Assembly (NCBI GenBank): GCA_963693055.1
Contig: OY843751.1
Coordinates: 1,824,001 to 1,888,000, forward strand
Length of the DNA stretch: 64,000 nt
Source of the DNA: a bacterium
Lineage (GTDB): Bacteria > Zhuqueibacterota > Zhuqueibacteria > Residuimicrobiales > Krinioviventaceae
Direction: 5' to 3'
Each line of letters starts with the position of its first letter. Position 1 is the stretch's first letter. A model generated the notes under the pieces. The model did not search any database, was not told where the DNA came from, and saw only the letters and a list, made by a program, of their open reading frames with translations. Made by a program: the position numbers and the translations under genes. This document shows positions 10,477-23,392 of this stretch, piece after piece.

Positions 10477-11292
10477 TTGAAGTATATTGATTTACATATT
10501 CATTCCACACATTCTGATGGAATTATGACTCCGGATGAAATTGTTCAGTTTGCTAAAAAAATTGAGCTTGAAGCAATTTCTATAACGGATCATGATTCTG
10601 TGGATGGTATTCAACCAGCGCTGGATGCTGGTGAAAAATATGGTATCAAGGTAATACCTGGAATTGAAATTAGTGCAAATCATTATGGCAAAGATTTACA
10701 CATTTTAGGTTACTTTTTTGATTATACTAATCCTGTTGTTCAGGATTATGGTAAGCGGATCCGATTATACCGTGAAAATCGTGCAAGGAATATTTTAAAA
10801 AAGTTAAAATCCTGTGGAATAGACATCCCTTACGAATTGGTTGAAATGAAATCCAATGGGGGGGTAATTGGTCGTCCGCATATTGCGGATATTTTAATTG
10901 AAGAAGGTCATGCGTATTCCTTTAGAGAAGCTTTTGATAAGTATTTAGGAGAAGCGGGAAAGGCATTTGAACCTAAAACGCTTGTAACTCCGCGAGAAGC
11001 TATTGATATGGTACACCAGGCGGGTGGTATTGCATGTATTGCGCATCCCGGTGTTGATGTGCCGGATGAAATTTTAATGCATCTAATAAAGATGGGTTTG
11101 GACGGAATAGAGGTATTTCATCCCAAACATATTGATGCAGAGATTAAACACTTTGAAAATTTTGCGAAACATCATAACCTTGTAATTACAGGCGGCTCCG
11201 ATTGTCATGGGCCCAGAACCTATGATGTGACTATAGGTGCATACAAGGTACCGGCTTTTTACCTCACAGAAATGGAAAAAGTTCTGGTTTGA
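10477..11292 (+). CDS. PHP-domain phosphoesterase (TrpH/YciV-like)
   Basis: DLHIHSTHSDG, ITDHD, GRPHIA, AHP, GGSDCHG. Confidence 0.9.
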   Translation: MKYIDLHIHSTHSDGIMTPDEIVQFAKKIELEAISITDHDSVDGIQPALDAGEKYGIKVIPGIEISANHYGKDLHILGYFFDYTNPVVQDYGKRIRLYRENRARNILKKLKSCGIDIPYELVEMKSNGGVIGRPHIADILIEEGHAYSFREAFDKYLGEAGKAFEPKTLVTPREAIDMVHQAGGIACIAHPGVDVPDEILMHLIKMGLDGIEVFHPKHIDAEIKHFENFAKHHNLVITGGSDCHGPRTYDVTIGAYKVPAFYLTEMEKVLV

Positions 11293-11371
11293 TTTTTTAA
11301 TATTACCTGGAATATTGTTTGGGAATATTAATTAAAGTCCTTATGTTTAAGGTGAAAGTAATAAGCAACAT

Positions 11372-11453
11372 ATGGAGGTCGTTTCGTAGCCTCCCTCCTG
11401 CAACGACCTCTGTTGAATGGCAAGCTTGAAAGAGCTTGCCATTCTTACTTTTC
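11372..11453 (+). ncRNA. Candidate small RNA: stem-loop with C-rich anti-SD loop followed by a terminator
   Basis: GAGGTCGTT/AACGACCTC stem; inner GTAG/CTGC stem closing loop CCTCCCTC; then GAATGGCAAGCT/AGCTTGCCATTC hairpin and TTACTTTT. Confidence 0.45.
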
Positions 11454-11493
11454 CACCTTTTCCCACTGAAGAAATCTTGATATTGGAGTTATT

Positions 11494-12114
11494 GTGATAA
11501 TAGAGAATGTTTCCGTTGGCCCTTTGGATGTGAACTGTTATATTGTGGGCTGTGAATCAACACGACAGGCTGCAATTATTGATCCTGGTGAAGATGAAGA
11601 AAAGATACTTGAGCGTTTAAAAGCTCTTAATTTGAATGCAACACATATTGTACTTACCCATGGTCACGTAGATCACATAGGAGCTGTACCTGAAATTCAA
11701 CAAGCCACAAATGCTTTAATTCTTATGGGACAGAATGATCGTTTGTTGGTTGAAAATGCTGTTTTGCAGGCAGAGATGTTTAGTCTAAGGGTGCCAGGTT
11801 TGTTTAATGTAGATCAATATCTTGCGGATAATGATGAAATTGTTGTGGGATCATTTTCATTCAAAGTTATTACAACTCCGGGGCATTCGCCTGGAGGAAT
11901 TTGTTTGCTATATGAAAGGCATCTGTGGGCAGGAGATACACTGTTTTTTAATTCAGTTGGCAGAACCGATCTTCCGGGGGGATCAATGGAAGAACTTTAT
12001 AGTTCTATAAAAAATAAATTGTATTTACTGCACCCTGAGACCATTGTTTATCCGGGCCATGGAGATTATACGACAATTGGTCATGAAATGAAACACAATC
12101 CTTATATCTCTTGA
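11494..12114 (+). CDS. Metallo-beta-lactamase-fold hydrolase (glyoxalase II-like)
   Basis: THGHVDHIG, TPGHSPG, GDTLF, PGHG. Confidence 0.9.
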   Translation: MIIENVSVGPLDVNCYIVGCESTRQAAIIDPGEDEEKILERLKALNLNATHIVLTHGHVDHIGAVPEIQQATNALILMGQNDRLLVENAVLQAEMFSLRVPGLFNVDQYLADNDEIVVGSFSFKVITTPGHSPGGICLLYERHLWAGDTLFFNSVGRTDLPGGSMEELYSSIKNKLYLLHPETIVYPGHGDYTTIGHEMKHNPYIS

Positions 12115-12206
12115 AATAGTTGAGGGAAAATTTCCTTGCAAATGAGGGGATAATTGGTTATACTGGTTGGTAAAAATTTTTGGTCTCACCAAACGTGAGG
12201 TGTGGT

Positions 12207-12455
12207 ATGGCAGAAGGCCTAAAGGAACCAATTGTCGTTATTCGTGAAGACGAATGTAAGGGGTGCGGGCTATGCATAAGTATTTGCCCGGAAAATGTAC
12301 TAATTGAGCAACACAAGTTAAACCGAATGGGATATCACCCGGCCGGTTACACAGGGGAAGGCTGTATAGGATGCGGCTTTTGTTTTTACCAATGCCCGGA
12401 ACCGGGTGCAATAACAGTCTACAAAAAAGGTTATGTGGAAGAGGAGGTTAGCTGA
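12207..12455 (+). CDS. 2x[4Fe-4S] ferredoxin, delta subunit of 2-oxoacid:ferredoxin oxidoreductase
   Basis: [10 protein letters not shown] and CIGCGFC..QCP; start moved to ATG 12207 after GAGG. Confidence 0.88.
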   Translation: MAEGLKEPIVVIREDECKGCGLCISICPENVLIEQHKLNRMGYHPAGYTGEGCIGCGFCFYQCPEPGAITVYKKGYVEEEVS

Positions 12456-13495
12456 TGGCAAAACAACTCATCAAGGGAAATGAAGCCATTGTAAAAGGAG
12501 CCATATTGGCAGGTTGCCGATATTACTTTGGTTATCCAATTACCCCAGCCTCCGAAATTGCAGAAGCAGCCGCGTACTATTTGCCTCTCGTCGGAGGCAC
12601 TTTTTTGCAGGCAGAGAGTGAAGTCGCTTCTATTAACATGCTGTATGGTGCAGCTTCTGGTGGTATACGGGCAATGACCGCATCATCTAGTCCCGGTATC
12701 AGCTTGAAAATGGAAGGTCTGTCTTATTCGGCCGGTGCGGAATTACCAATGGTTATTATTGATGTGATGCGCGGCGGTCCGGGATTGGGCAATATTGCTC
12801 CGGCACAAGCTGATTATAACCAAATCATTAAAGGTGGCGGGCATGGTGGTTACAAGGTTATAGCACTTGCACCCAATTGTGCCCAGGAAATGAGTGATTT
12901 AACAATTCTGGCATTTGATCTTGCAGACAAGTACAGAATTCCTGCTGTAATTATGGCAGATGGATTTATTGGGCAGATGATGGAACCTGTCGAGTTCCCT
13001 GAACCTGTCAAAGAGATCCCTGCAAAAGATTGGGCAATACTTGCCAACAAAGATGATGAGCACAAGCTCATAAGCTCTATTGACCTTGAAGCAGAGGCCC
13101 TTGAAGAGCACAATATTCATCTCAACAAAAAGTACCAGGATATCCAGGAAACAGAAGTTCGTTATGAAGATTACAAGGTTGATGATGCTGAACTTGTATT
13201 AATTGGATATGGTGTGGTTTCTCGAGTGCTTCAAACTGTAGTAGATGAATTAAGAAATAAAAATGTAAAAATTGGAATGATGCGGCCAATCTCATTGTGG
13301 CCTTTTCCGGAAAAACATATCACAGAATTGGCAGAACAGGGAAAGAAATTCCTTGTTGTAGAACTGTCAAACGGACAGATGGTTGATGATGTTAGACTTG
13401 CAGTTAACGGACGTCAACCCGTTCATTTTTACAATCGTATGGGAGGTATTGTACCCTCTCCGGAAGAGATCATTGAATTTGTTGAGAAACTATGA
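12455..13495 (+). CDS. vorB: 2-oxoisovalerate/2-oxoacid:ferredoxin oxidoreductase alpha subunit (VorB-type)
   Basis: [33 protein letters not shown]. Confidence 0.85.
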   Translation: MAKQLIKGNEAIVKGAILAGCRYYFGYPITPASEIAEAAAYYLPLVGGTFLQAESEVASINMLYGAASGGIRAMTASSSPGISLKMEGLSYSAGAELPMVIIDVMRGGPGLGNIAPAQADYNQIIKGGGHGGYKVIALAPNCAQEMSDLTILAFDLADKYRIPAVIMADGFIGQMMEPVEFPEPVKEIPAKDWAILANKDDEHKLISSIDLEAEALEEHNIHLNKKYQDIQETEVRYEDYKVDDAELVLIGYGVVSRVLQTVVDELRNKNVKIGMMRPISLWPFPEKHITELAEQGKKFLVVELSNGQMVDDVRLAVNGRQPVHFYNRMGGIVPSPEEIIEFVEKL

Positions 13496-13504
13496 GGCAG
13501 GAAA

Positions 13505-14926
13505 ATGGCCAAAGTATTAAGAAAATCTGACAGTTTTTATGAACTTTATACACACAAAAGTGGTAATCAGGATGTAACTCATTATTGTCCCGGTTGTGGA
13601 CATGGTGTGTTGCATAAATTGATTGCAGAAGCGATTGACGATTTTGAAATTCGTGATCGTACAATTTTAATCAGCCCTGTTGGTTGTAGTGTGTTTGCAT
13701 ATTACTACTTTCGGGTTGGTAATATTCAGGCTGCACATGGACGCGCTCCGGCAGTTGCTACCGGTATTAAACGTGTGCATCCCAACAGTGTTGTTATCAG
13801 CTATCAAGGTGATGGTGACCTTGCAGCGATTGGTGGTAATAATATTCTACAGGCTGCAAACCGTGGCGAGAATATTACTGTATTCTTTGTTAATAACGCA
13901 ATATATGGAATGACCGGTGGACAGATGGCGCCAACAACTCTTATCGGTCAGAAAACAACAACTACTCCTTATGGACGAAATAGTGATAATGAAGGATTTC
14001 CGATTAAGGTTAGCGAGTTGATTAATTCTCTCGAGGCTCCCGTTTATATTGAACGTGTAGCATTGACAGATGCAAAGAATACATCCAAAGTTAGAAGAGC
14101 AGTACGAAAAGCACTGAAGAATCAAATTGAAAATAAGGGATTCTCTCTTGTTGAAGTATTGTCCGCTTGCCCGTCAGGCTGGAAGATGACCCCCAATCAA
14201 GCCAAAGAGTGGATAGAGGATCAGATGGTTAAGAATTTTCCTCTGGGTGTATTTCGAGACAAGAGTGAAGAAATTGAAAAAACTGATATCATTAAATCCG
14301 CATATTCCATAGATAAAATTCAGGAAAAACTCAACATTCCAACAGACGAGAAAAAGATTGATACAAGTGTGTCTGTAAAAAAAGAGTTTGTGAATCCCGG
14401 AATTAAAATGGCAGGATTTGGAGGACAAGGGATTTTGATGCTGGGTGTGGGACTAGCGCAAGCGGCAATGCAGGCAGGACACCAGGTATCATGGATACCT
14501 TCTTATGGTCCCGAGATGCGAGGGGGAACAGCAAACTGTCAGGTGAAATTTTCAGAATCCCGAATTGGATCTCCACTTGTGTCCAAGCCCACTGTACTGG
14601 TAACTATGAATTTGCCTTCTTTGGACAAGTTTGAAGATAGTGTGGTTTCAAACGGTTTGATTATTTATGATTCGTCGTTGATCAATCGGGCACCTGTTCG
14701 TTCTGATGTTCAGGTATTGGGAATACCTGCAACACAAATCGCTGATGAATTGGGGAATACTCGAATAGCGAATATGGTTATTTTAGGTGCTTTGATCCAG
14801 TATACCGGATTATTATCAAAAGATACGGTTTTTAATGCATTACCTCATGTCATCAAGCGGAAAAACCTCATTCCTCTTAATGAAAAAGCAATTGAAGCTG
14901 GCATCAAGTATGTAATTGAAAAATAG
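13505..14926 (+). CDS. 2-oxoacid:ferredoxin oxidoreductase, fused beta (TPP-binding) and gamma subunits
   Basis: YCPGCGHG, QGDGD, YGMTGGQ; C-terminal AGFGGQG...PSYGPEMRGG gamma domain. Confidence 0.9.
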   Translation: MAKVLRKSDSFYELYTHKSGNQDVTHYCPGCGHGVLHKLIAEAIDDFEIRDRTILISPVGCSVFAYYYFRVGNIQAAHGRAPAVATGIKRVHPNSVVISYQGDGDLAAIGGNNILQAANRGENITVFFVNNAIYGMTGGQMAPTTLIGQKTTTTPYGRNSDNEGFPIKVSELINSLEAPVYIERVALTDAKNTSKVRRAVRKALKNQIENKGFSLVEVLSACPSGWKMTPNQAKEWIEDQMVKNFPLGVFRDKSEEIEKTDIIKSAYSIDKIQEKLNIPTDEKKIDTSVSVKKEFVNPGIKMAGFGGQGILMLGVGLAQAAMQAGHQVSWIPSYGPEMRGGTANCQVKFSESRIGSPLVSKPTVLVTMNLPSLDKFEDSVVSNGLIIYDSSLINRAPVRSDVQVLGIPATQIADELGNTRIANMVILGALIQYTGLLSKDTVFNALPHVIKRKNLIPLNEKAIEAGIKYVIEK

Positions 14927-14972
14927 CAATTTGCTTTTTTGATTTTTTTTGTTAAATTATTAAAAATCTGTT

Positions 14973-15004
14973 AAAATCCCCGTTTTGTATTAAAACGGGG
15001 TTTT
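14973..15004 (+). terminator. Intrinsic terminator (possibly bidirectional)
   Basis: CCCCGTTTT-gtatt-AAAACGGGG flanked by A and T runs. Confidence 0.65.
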
Positions 15005-15025
15005 ATATATATTTAACAAGTTTGG

Positions 15026-15158
15026 GGTATGTTGGCATACCTGAATTGTAGAGATTTCCATCTCCTATGATTGGTAGACTTCGCTGTTTAAAAAGATATT
15101 ATCGTTACATTTAATAACGACAAAGTATCTTACCTGTAAGGTTGTAGCGAGTTGCCAA
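15026..15158 (+). promoter_or_regulatory. Structured 5' leader of the rne/rng gene
   Basis: Several hairpins, including a long stem 15071-15086 pairing with 15145-15158 and nested stems. Confidence 0.4.
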
Positions 15159-15190
15159 GCATGGTCAGTAAATTATGAAATTGAGGTTGT

Positions 15191-16729
15191 ATGAAAAAAA
15201 CAATAGTTATTAATGTTTCCATTGGAGAAACACGTATTGGTATTCTTGAGGGGAAAGATCTGGTAGAACTCTATTTTGAACTACCAGAGAATGAACGAAT
15301 GGTGGGGGATATTTATTTCGGACGTGTTGGTAAAATAGTTAATGGAATTCAAGCTGCATTTGTTAATATTGGGCACAAAAAAGATGCTTTTCTTCATTTT
15401 TCTGATATTAATAAAAACGTGCTTGAATTAACAGGTGTAAAACAGGAACCTGTTGCCAATCAGCCCAGAAGAAGGGGGCCACGACAGCGGAATCCGCACG
15501 GAAACCAGACATTAAAAAAGGGTCAAGATATTCTGGTACAGATTACCAAAGAGCCACTTTCAAACAAGGGTGCCAGAATTACAACAAATTTAACTTTGCC
15601 AGGTAGATTTCTGGTATTGTTACCCGGTGAAAAATCTATCGGTGTATCACGTAAAATTCAAAATCGACGTGAACGTTACAGATTGAAAAAATTGGGCCAG
15701 GCAATAAAGCCCAAAGACTTTGGTTTGGTAATAAGAACCGTATCAGAAAACAAGGATGAAAATCTGTTAAAAGCAGATTTAGACTCTTTGGTTAAAGACT
15801 GGGCAAAAATCCAGAAAAAGCTCAACAAAAACCATCCACCTTGTATCGTTCATAAAGATATGGGAATGCTTTCAAGTGTGATTCGAGATCTGTTTACAAC
15901 CGATATTGAAAAGCTGGTTGTTGACAATAATAAAATGCACAAGCAGATTGTAAAATATCTCAACGAGGTTGCCCCTCAACTTGCAGAGCGTGTAGAGTTG
16001 TTCAAAAACAAAGAACCCATCTTTGATCATTTTGATATAGAAAATCAGTTATCAAGAAGTTTGGCCCGCAAGATCTATATGAAAAGAGGCGGCTATATCT
16101 TTATTGAGCATACTGAAGCATTAACAGCTATTGATATTAATAGCGGCAGCTTTAGTGGAAAAGCAGATCATGATACCAATAGCTTGAAAATAAATCTGGA
16201 TGCTGGTAAAGAAATTGCCAGACAATTACGGTTGCGGGATATTGGTGGAATTATCATCATCGATTTTATCGACATGATAGATCCTAAAAATAAAAAGAAA
16301 CTGTACGACGAATTCTGTCGCGAAGTGAAAAAAGACAGGGCCCAGGTTTCTATCGCTCCAATTTCTGAATTCGGCCTGATAGAGATGACACGTGAACGTG
16401 TTCGTCCTACACTGCTGTATTCAATAAGCGAACCTTGTCCTGCATGTAGTGGAACAGGCAGAGTAATATCCAAGACAACCATTGTTGCCCGTATTGAAAG
16501 ATGGTTAAAACGTTACCGTACAGAAGGCGGTGACAGATCGCTGCAATTGTTTGTTCACCCTGAATTGGCCAAATTTTTATCTTCAGGATATCGCAGCCGT
16601 ATCCGCAGAATTGCTTGGAAATACTGGACCCGCGTCAAGGTACACCAGGATGAAAATATAAGCCTTGAGGAATTCAGGTTTGTTGACAAAACCGGTGAAA
16701 ACGATATAACAAGTAAATTTATGCCTTGA
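15191..16729 (+). CDS. Ribonuclease E/G family protein
   Basis: S1 domain (AAFVNIG..KDAFLH), IDINSG, QLRLRDIGGIIIIDFIDM, CPACSGTG. Confidence 0.95.
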   Translation: MKKTIVINVSIGETRIGILEGKDLVELYFELPENERMVGDIYFGRVGKIVNGIQAAFVNIGHKKDAFLHFSDINKNVLELTGVKQEPVANQPRRRGPRQRNPHGNQTLKKGQDILVQITKEPLSNKGARITTNLTLPGRFLVLLPGEKSIGVSRKIQNRRERYRLKKLGQAIKPKDFGLVIRTVSENKDENLLKADLDSLVKDWAKIQKKLNKNHPPCIVHKDMGMLSSVIRDLFTTDIEKLVVDNNKMHKQIVKYLNEVAPQLAERVELFKNKEPIFDHFDIENQLSRSLARKIYMKRGGYIFIEHTEALTAIDINSGSFSGKADHDTNSLKINLDAGKEIARQLRLRDIGGIIIIDFIDMIDPKNKKKLYDEFCREVKKDRAQVSIAPISEFGLIEMTRERVRPTLLYSISEPCPACSGTGRVISKTTIVARIERWLKRYRTEGGDRSLQLFVHPELAKFLSSGYRSRIRRIAWKYWTRVKVHQDENISLEEFRFVDKTGENDITSKFMP

Positions 16730-16754
16730 CATTTATAATTTAATTCTTTAAATT
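16726..16754 (+). promoter_or_regulatory. Putative sigma70 promoter of rplU-rpmA
   Basis: TTGACA-N17-TAAATT. Confidence 0.55.
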
Positions 16755-16796
16755 TATTAGCTTTGTTGAAAAATAATAATTAATGGAGATATCTGA

Positions 16797-17108
16797 ATGT
16801 ATGCCATAGTACAGGTTGGCGGCCAGCAGTTTAAAGTAGCCAAAGATAAAAAAATTGTCACCAATCGTTTGTCTGGAAATATTGGTGATTCTGTGGACAT
16901 TGAAAATGTATTGTTACTTTCAGGTGATGATGGTGTTAAAGTAGGTGCACCTTATATTGAAGGTGCTAAAGTACAGGCTACCATTCTTGAACACGATAAA
17001 GGTAAAAAAGTAATTGTATTTAAAAAGAAACGCCGCAAAAATTACCGTGTTTTGAAAGGTCATCGCCAGGCGTTAACAACTATACAGATTAATGAAATTA
17101 CTGCTTAA
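16797..17108 (+). CDS. rplU: 50S ribosomal protein L21
   Basis: MYAIV..GGQQFKV, KKKRRK...KGHRQ. Confidence 0.98.
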   Translation: MYAIVQVGGQQFKVAKDKKIVTNRLSGNIGDSVDIENVLLLSGDDGVKVGAPYIEGAKVQATILEHDKGKKVIVFKKKRRKNYRVLKGHRQALTTIQINEITA

Positions 17109-17134
17109 TTGTTTAGAACTAAAGGGAGATTGTA

Positions 17135-17386
17135 ATGGCTCATAAGAAAGGAATGGGAAGCTCCAAGAACGGTCGGGATAGTAACCCGCAAATGCTTGGT
17201 GTGAAAAGATTCGATGGTCAGGTAGTGACCGCAGGAAGTATTCTTGTGCGCCAACGTGGAACAAAATTTCATCCCGGTGCTAATGTAGGTATAGGTAGTG
17301 ACGATACCTTGTTTGCAAAAGTAGATGGTAAAGTGAAATTTGAAACACGCGGCAAGGATAAAAAATATATCAGTGTATTTTCCTGA
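17135..17386 (+). CDS. rpmA: 50S ribosomal protein L27
   Basis: [20 protein letters not shown]. Confidence 0.98.
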   Translation: MAHKKGMGSSKNGRDSNPQMLGVKRFDGQVVTAGSILVRQRGTKFHPGANVGIGSDDTLFAKVDGKVKFETRGKDKKYISVFS

Positions 17387-17416
17387 TTCTGTAACATACA
17401 TCAATTTTATTTTTTG

Positions 17417-17450
17417 AAACGCAACTATATTATTTAGTTGCGTTTTTTTT
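17417..17450 (+). terminator. Intrinsic terminator after rpmA
   Basis: AAACGCAACTA...TAGTTGCGTTT followed by a T run. Confidence 0.75.
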
Positions 17451-17520
17451 ATTTATAGCAATAACTTTTTATATAAAATGAAAACGCGTGTCTACAAAAA
17501 TTATGCCATGTGAAAGAAAA

Positions 17521-17554
17521 TTGACTTGACTCTGACTGTGCTATATTATATATT
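17521..17554 (+). promoter_or_regulatory. Putative sigma70 promoter(s) of the gatC-kdsB operon
   Basis: TTGACT-N17-TATTAT (17521) overlapping TTGACT-N17-TATATT (17526). Confidence 0.55.
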
Positions 17555-17583
17555 TATTTCGTTTAAGAACATAGGAGATATTT

Positions 17584-17871
17584 ATGTCAGTTACATTACA
17601 GGAAGTAGAAAATATTGCCCGTCTTGCCAAACTCTCTTTTTCTGAAGAGGAAAAAGAAAAATTCACAGTTCAGTTTAACCAGATTCTGGGATATATAGAA
17701 AAATTGAACGAGTTGGATACTGATAACGTTGAACCAACAGATCATGTACTTGATTTATACAATGTATTCCGTGAGGATGAGGTTAAAACCTGGCTTACTC
17801 AGGAAGAAGCCTTGGCAAATGCACCAAACGCAAAACATGGTTTTTTCAGTGTGCCCAAGGTGATAGGGTAA
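17584..17871 (+). CDS. gatC: Asp/Glu-tRNA amidotransferase subunit C
   Basis: IARLAKL...LNELDT.NVEPT...FRED...NAP...FF.VPKV. Confidence 0.95.
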   Translation: MSVTLQEVENIARLAKLSFSEEEKEKFTVQFNQILGYIEKLNELDTDNVEPTDHVLDLYNVFREDEVKTWLTQEEALANAPNAKHGFFSVPKVIG

Positions 17872-17874
17872 TTC

Positions 17875-21108
<3,234 letters not shown>

Positions 21109-21111
21109 AGA

Positions 21112-21975
21112 ATGAAATATATTATTTTTTACATATTATATATTTTTTTATCAGTTAATCTGATATTTGCTCAAACTATAGAACCGGTTGTTTTGGCTGT
21201 TTCAGATTTTAAAAACAGTACCGGGATTTATAGTATGGGTACCTTTGAAAAAAGCTTGCCCGAAATGCTCAAGACCGAATTGTCGCAATCTCCTGAAATA
21301 ACAATTGTTGAGCGCTCCAAACTTGAGGCCGTTTTTAACGAACTTGCATTGGTTCAGGCGGGAGTGATCAATTCTGATCAGGCACGCCAGGTTGGAGAAT
21401 TGGTAGATGCAAAGTTTGTTTTAACCGGTGAGATCAGTAAAGTGGGTGATCGGTTTAGAATTGATACCCAGATTATTGATGTTGTTACCGGTAGAGTGTT
21501 TGGAGAAAAGGTGACTGGTCCTGATGCGGCGTCTATGGAAACCATGGTCAGGGTTTTAGCCCGTAATATTGTCTATAACCTCACCGGCAGTGGAAATGTG
21601 CAAACTGTTCAGTATGTAAATCAATATTATGCCCCCTGGGTACTTGCTGCAGGAACTGGTGCAGCAATTATTACCGGAATAATGCATTCACAATATAATG
21701 ATCATTGGAACAAGTACAAATCTGCTACCTTGTTGAGTGATTTTGATAAACATTATGATAAAGCAAACAGTGCTTACAAAACACGTAATATTATGTTAGG
21801 TGTAACTGCTGGCTTGTTGACAACCGGTGCTGTTTTGTGGTTTAAAAGTAAAAGTAACGGTAATAAAGTTATGGCACTATATTCTTTTGGAGATGAAACC
21901 CAAATCTCTATACAGCCGTATTACTGCCATCAAAGTAAGGCATTTGGAATTCAGTTGATGGTGTTATCGTTATGA
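21112..21975 (+). CDS. Exported CsgG/FlgO/TolB-N-like domain protein with C-terminal hydrophobic hairpin
   Basis: Signal peptide; LAVSDF, IVERS.LE....EL.L...G.I....A..VG pattern; two hydrophobic segments near the C-terminus. Confidence 0.65.
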   Translation: MKYIIFYILYIFLSVNLIFAQTIEPVVLAVSDFKNSTGIYSMGTFEKSLPEMLKTELSQSPEITIVERSKLEAVFNELALVQAGVINSDQARQVGELVDAKFVLTGEISKVGDRFRIDTQIIDVVTGRVFGEKVTGPDAASMETMVRVLARNIVYNLTGSGNVQTVQYVNQYYAPWVLAAGTGAAIITGIMHSQYNDHWNKYKSATLLSDFDKHYDKANSAYKTRNIMLGVTAGLLTTGAVLWFKSKSNGNKVMALYSFGDETQISIQPYYCHQSKAFGIQLMVLSL

Positions 21976-22742
21976 GCAAATATGGTTACATTTTTTTGTG
22001 CAGTTTATTTTTTATAACTGTTGCATGTAGCGATCTCGATAGAACGAATCCTCTTGATCCCAGGAACCCCAACAGCAAAAGAGCTGAAACGGTTTTGATT
22101 GAATCTTTTGTGAATCAATCGGGTGGAGATGTTATAGCCAGCTCCATTGAAGCATTTGAAAGACTGTTAACAGAATATGGCAAAGAGTCGTTTATTTATC
22201 TGGAACACCATGTTGAAAAGACAAGCGGAACTGATCCATGGGCGCTTGATGCCAGTTTGAGCAGGTATTTGCTACTGGTGCCACAAACCGATGAACAGGC
22301 AATACCGGATGTGATGTTTAATGGGAGTAAGGCAAGAGTGCAAGGTGCATCGGATGCCGAAGCGGCTTATCAGCGTTACAAAGTTACGTTGGAAGCGGAA
22401 TTGGCTCGCGAGACGACTTTTACGATTGAGCAACAGGTTGCCATATCCGCTAATCAGATAAATGTCTCTGCTGATATTGCAAAATTGGGCAATACCAATT
22501 CATCAGATATTGTAGCCATTGTGGCTATTATTGAAATTCTGGACAATGGTATCCGGCAGATTGTACGCACATGGGAGTCTGTGAAATCTATTGGGACTTT
22601 GGTGCATGGCGAGATTGTCTCTGTTGATCGTAGTATAGATATTCAAAATGGTTGGAATACGAATCATTTAAAATGTGTAGTACTGGTTCAGGATGCTCAA
22701 AACTTGCAGGTTTTTCAATGTAACAGTGTTGAATTGAAATGA
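21972..22742 (+). CDS. Lipoprotein, Omp28-like domain
   Basis: Lipobox TVAC; NPLDP; VLIESF...P.VMFNG...W....L..VVLVQD....V.Q pattern. Confidence 0.55.
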   Translation: MSKYGYIFLCSLFFITVACSDLDRTNPLDPRNPNSKRAETVLIESFVNQSGGDVIASSIEAFERLLTEYGKESFIYLEHHVEKTSGTDPWALDASLSRYLLLVPQTDEQAIPDVMFNGSKARVQGASDAEAAYQRYKVTLEAELARETTFTIEQQVAISANQINVSADIAKLGNTNSSDIVAIVAIIEILDNGIRQIVRTWESVKSIGTLVHGEIVSVDRSIDIQNGWNTNHLKCVVLVQDAQNLQVFQCNSVELK

Positions 22743-23392
22743 AAAGTTTGAAAATAAATATATTTTTGATTTCATTGATTGGGTTGTTGTTTTTGTCATG
22801 TGGTGTGGTTGAAAAGTTGGCAAACCGGGTACCGGTAATTAAAGATATTCAGGCAAGCAGATATACAATACTTGTTGGTGATACGGTAACCGTTCGTGTA
22901 ATTGCAGAAGACCCTGATGATGATGAATTGATATACAGTTGGAGCGCCAACAGCGGTACTTTTGATAAACGAAATCTGGCTTCAGTTGTTTGGAAAGCAC
23001 CATTGATTGAAGATATTTATAATATTCAGGTTATTGTTAAAGACAGTAACGAAGGCGAGGCAACAGAAAATATGGATATTACCGTTATATCCAATTCTGA
23101 GCCGAGTGTTAATATCACCAATCCTGTTAATGGTGAGTTTCTGGTTGCAACACAGAATGTAGAAATTCGTTCAGAAGCAACACCTGTAGCATATATAGAT
23201 AGAGTAGAATTTTTTATAAATGATCAATTAACAGCAACAGATACAACGCCACCATACTTGTATGTGTGGCAGCCGCGTGATTACATTGGCACAGTAGAAA
23301 TTAAATCCGTGGCTTTTCGTTCTATACCCAGCAATATTAAAGCTGCCGATTCAATTTCAGTTTCAATTCAAGGAGTAGTGCCAATCCCTTGA
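22739..23392 (+). CDS. Lipoprotein with two Ig-like (PKD/Big) domains
   Basis: Lipobox FLSC; A.DPD.D.L.YSW, P.V.ITNP..G, VEFFIN......DTTPPY...W. Confidence 0.7.
   Translation: MKSLKINIFLISLIGLLFLSCGVVEKLANRVPVIKDIQASRYTILVGDTVTVRVIAEDPDDDELIYSWSANSGTFDKRNLASVVWKAPLIEDIYNIQVIVKDSNEGEATENMDITVISNSEPSVNITNPVNGEFLVATQNVEIRSEATPVAYIDRVEFFINDQLTATDTTPPYLYVWQPRDYIGTVEIKSVAFRSIPSNIKAADSISVSIQGVVPIP

Noticed and set aside
13505-14926. Beta-gamma fusion in the 2-oxoacid oxidoreductase as a novelty
   Set aside because: Subunit fusions are common in this enzyme family
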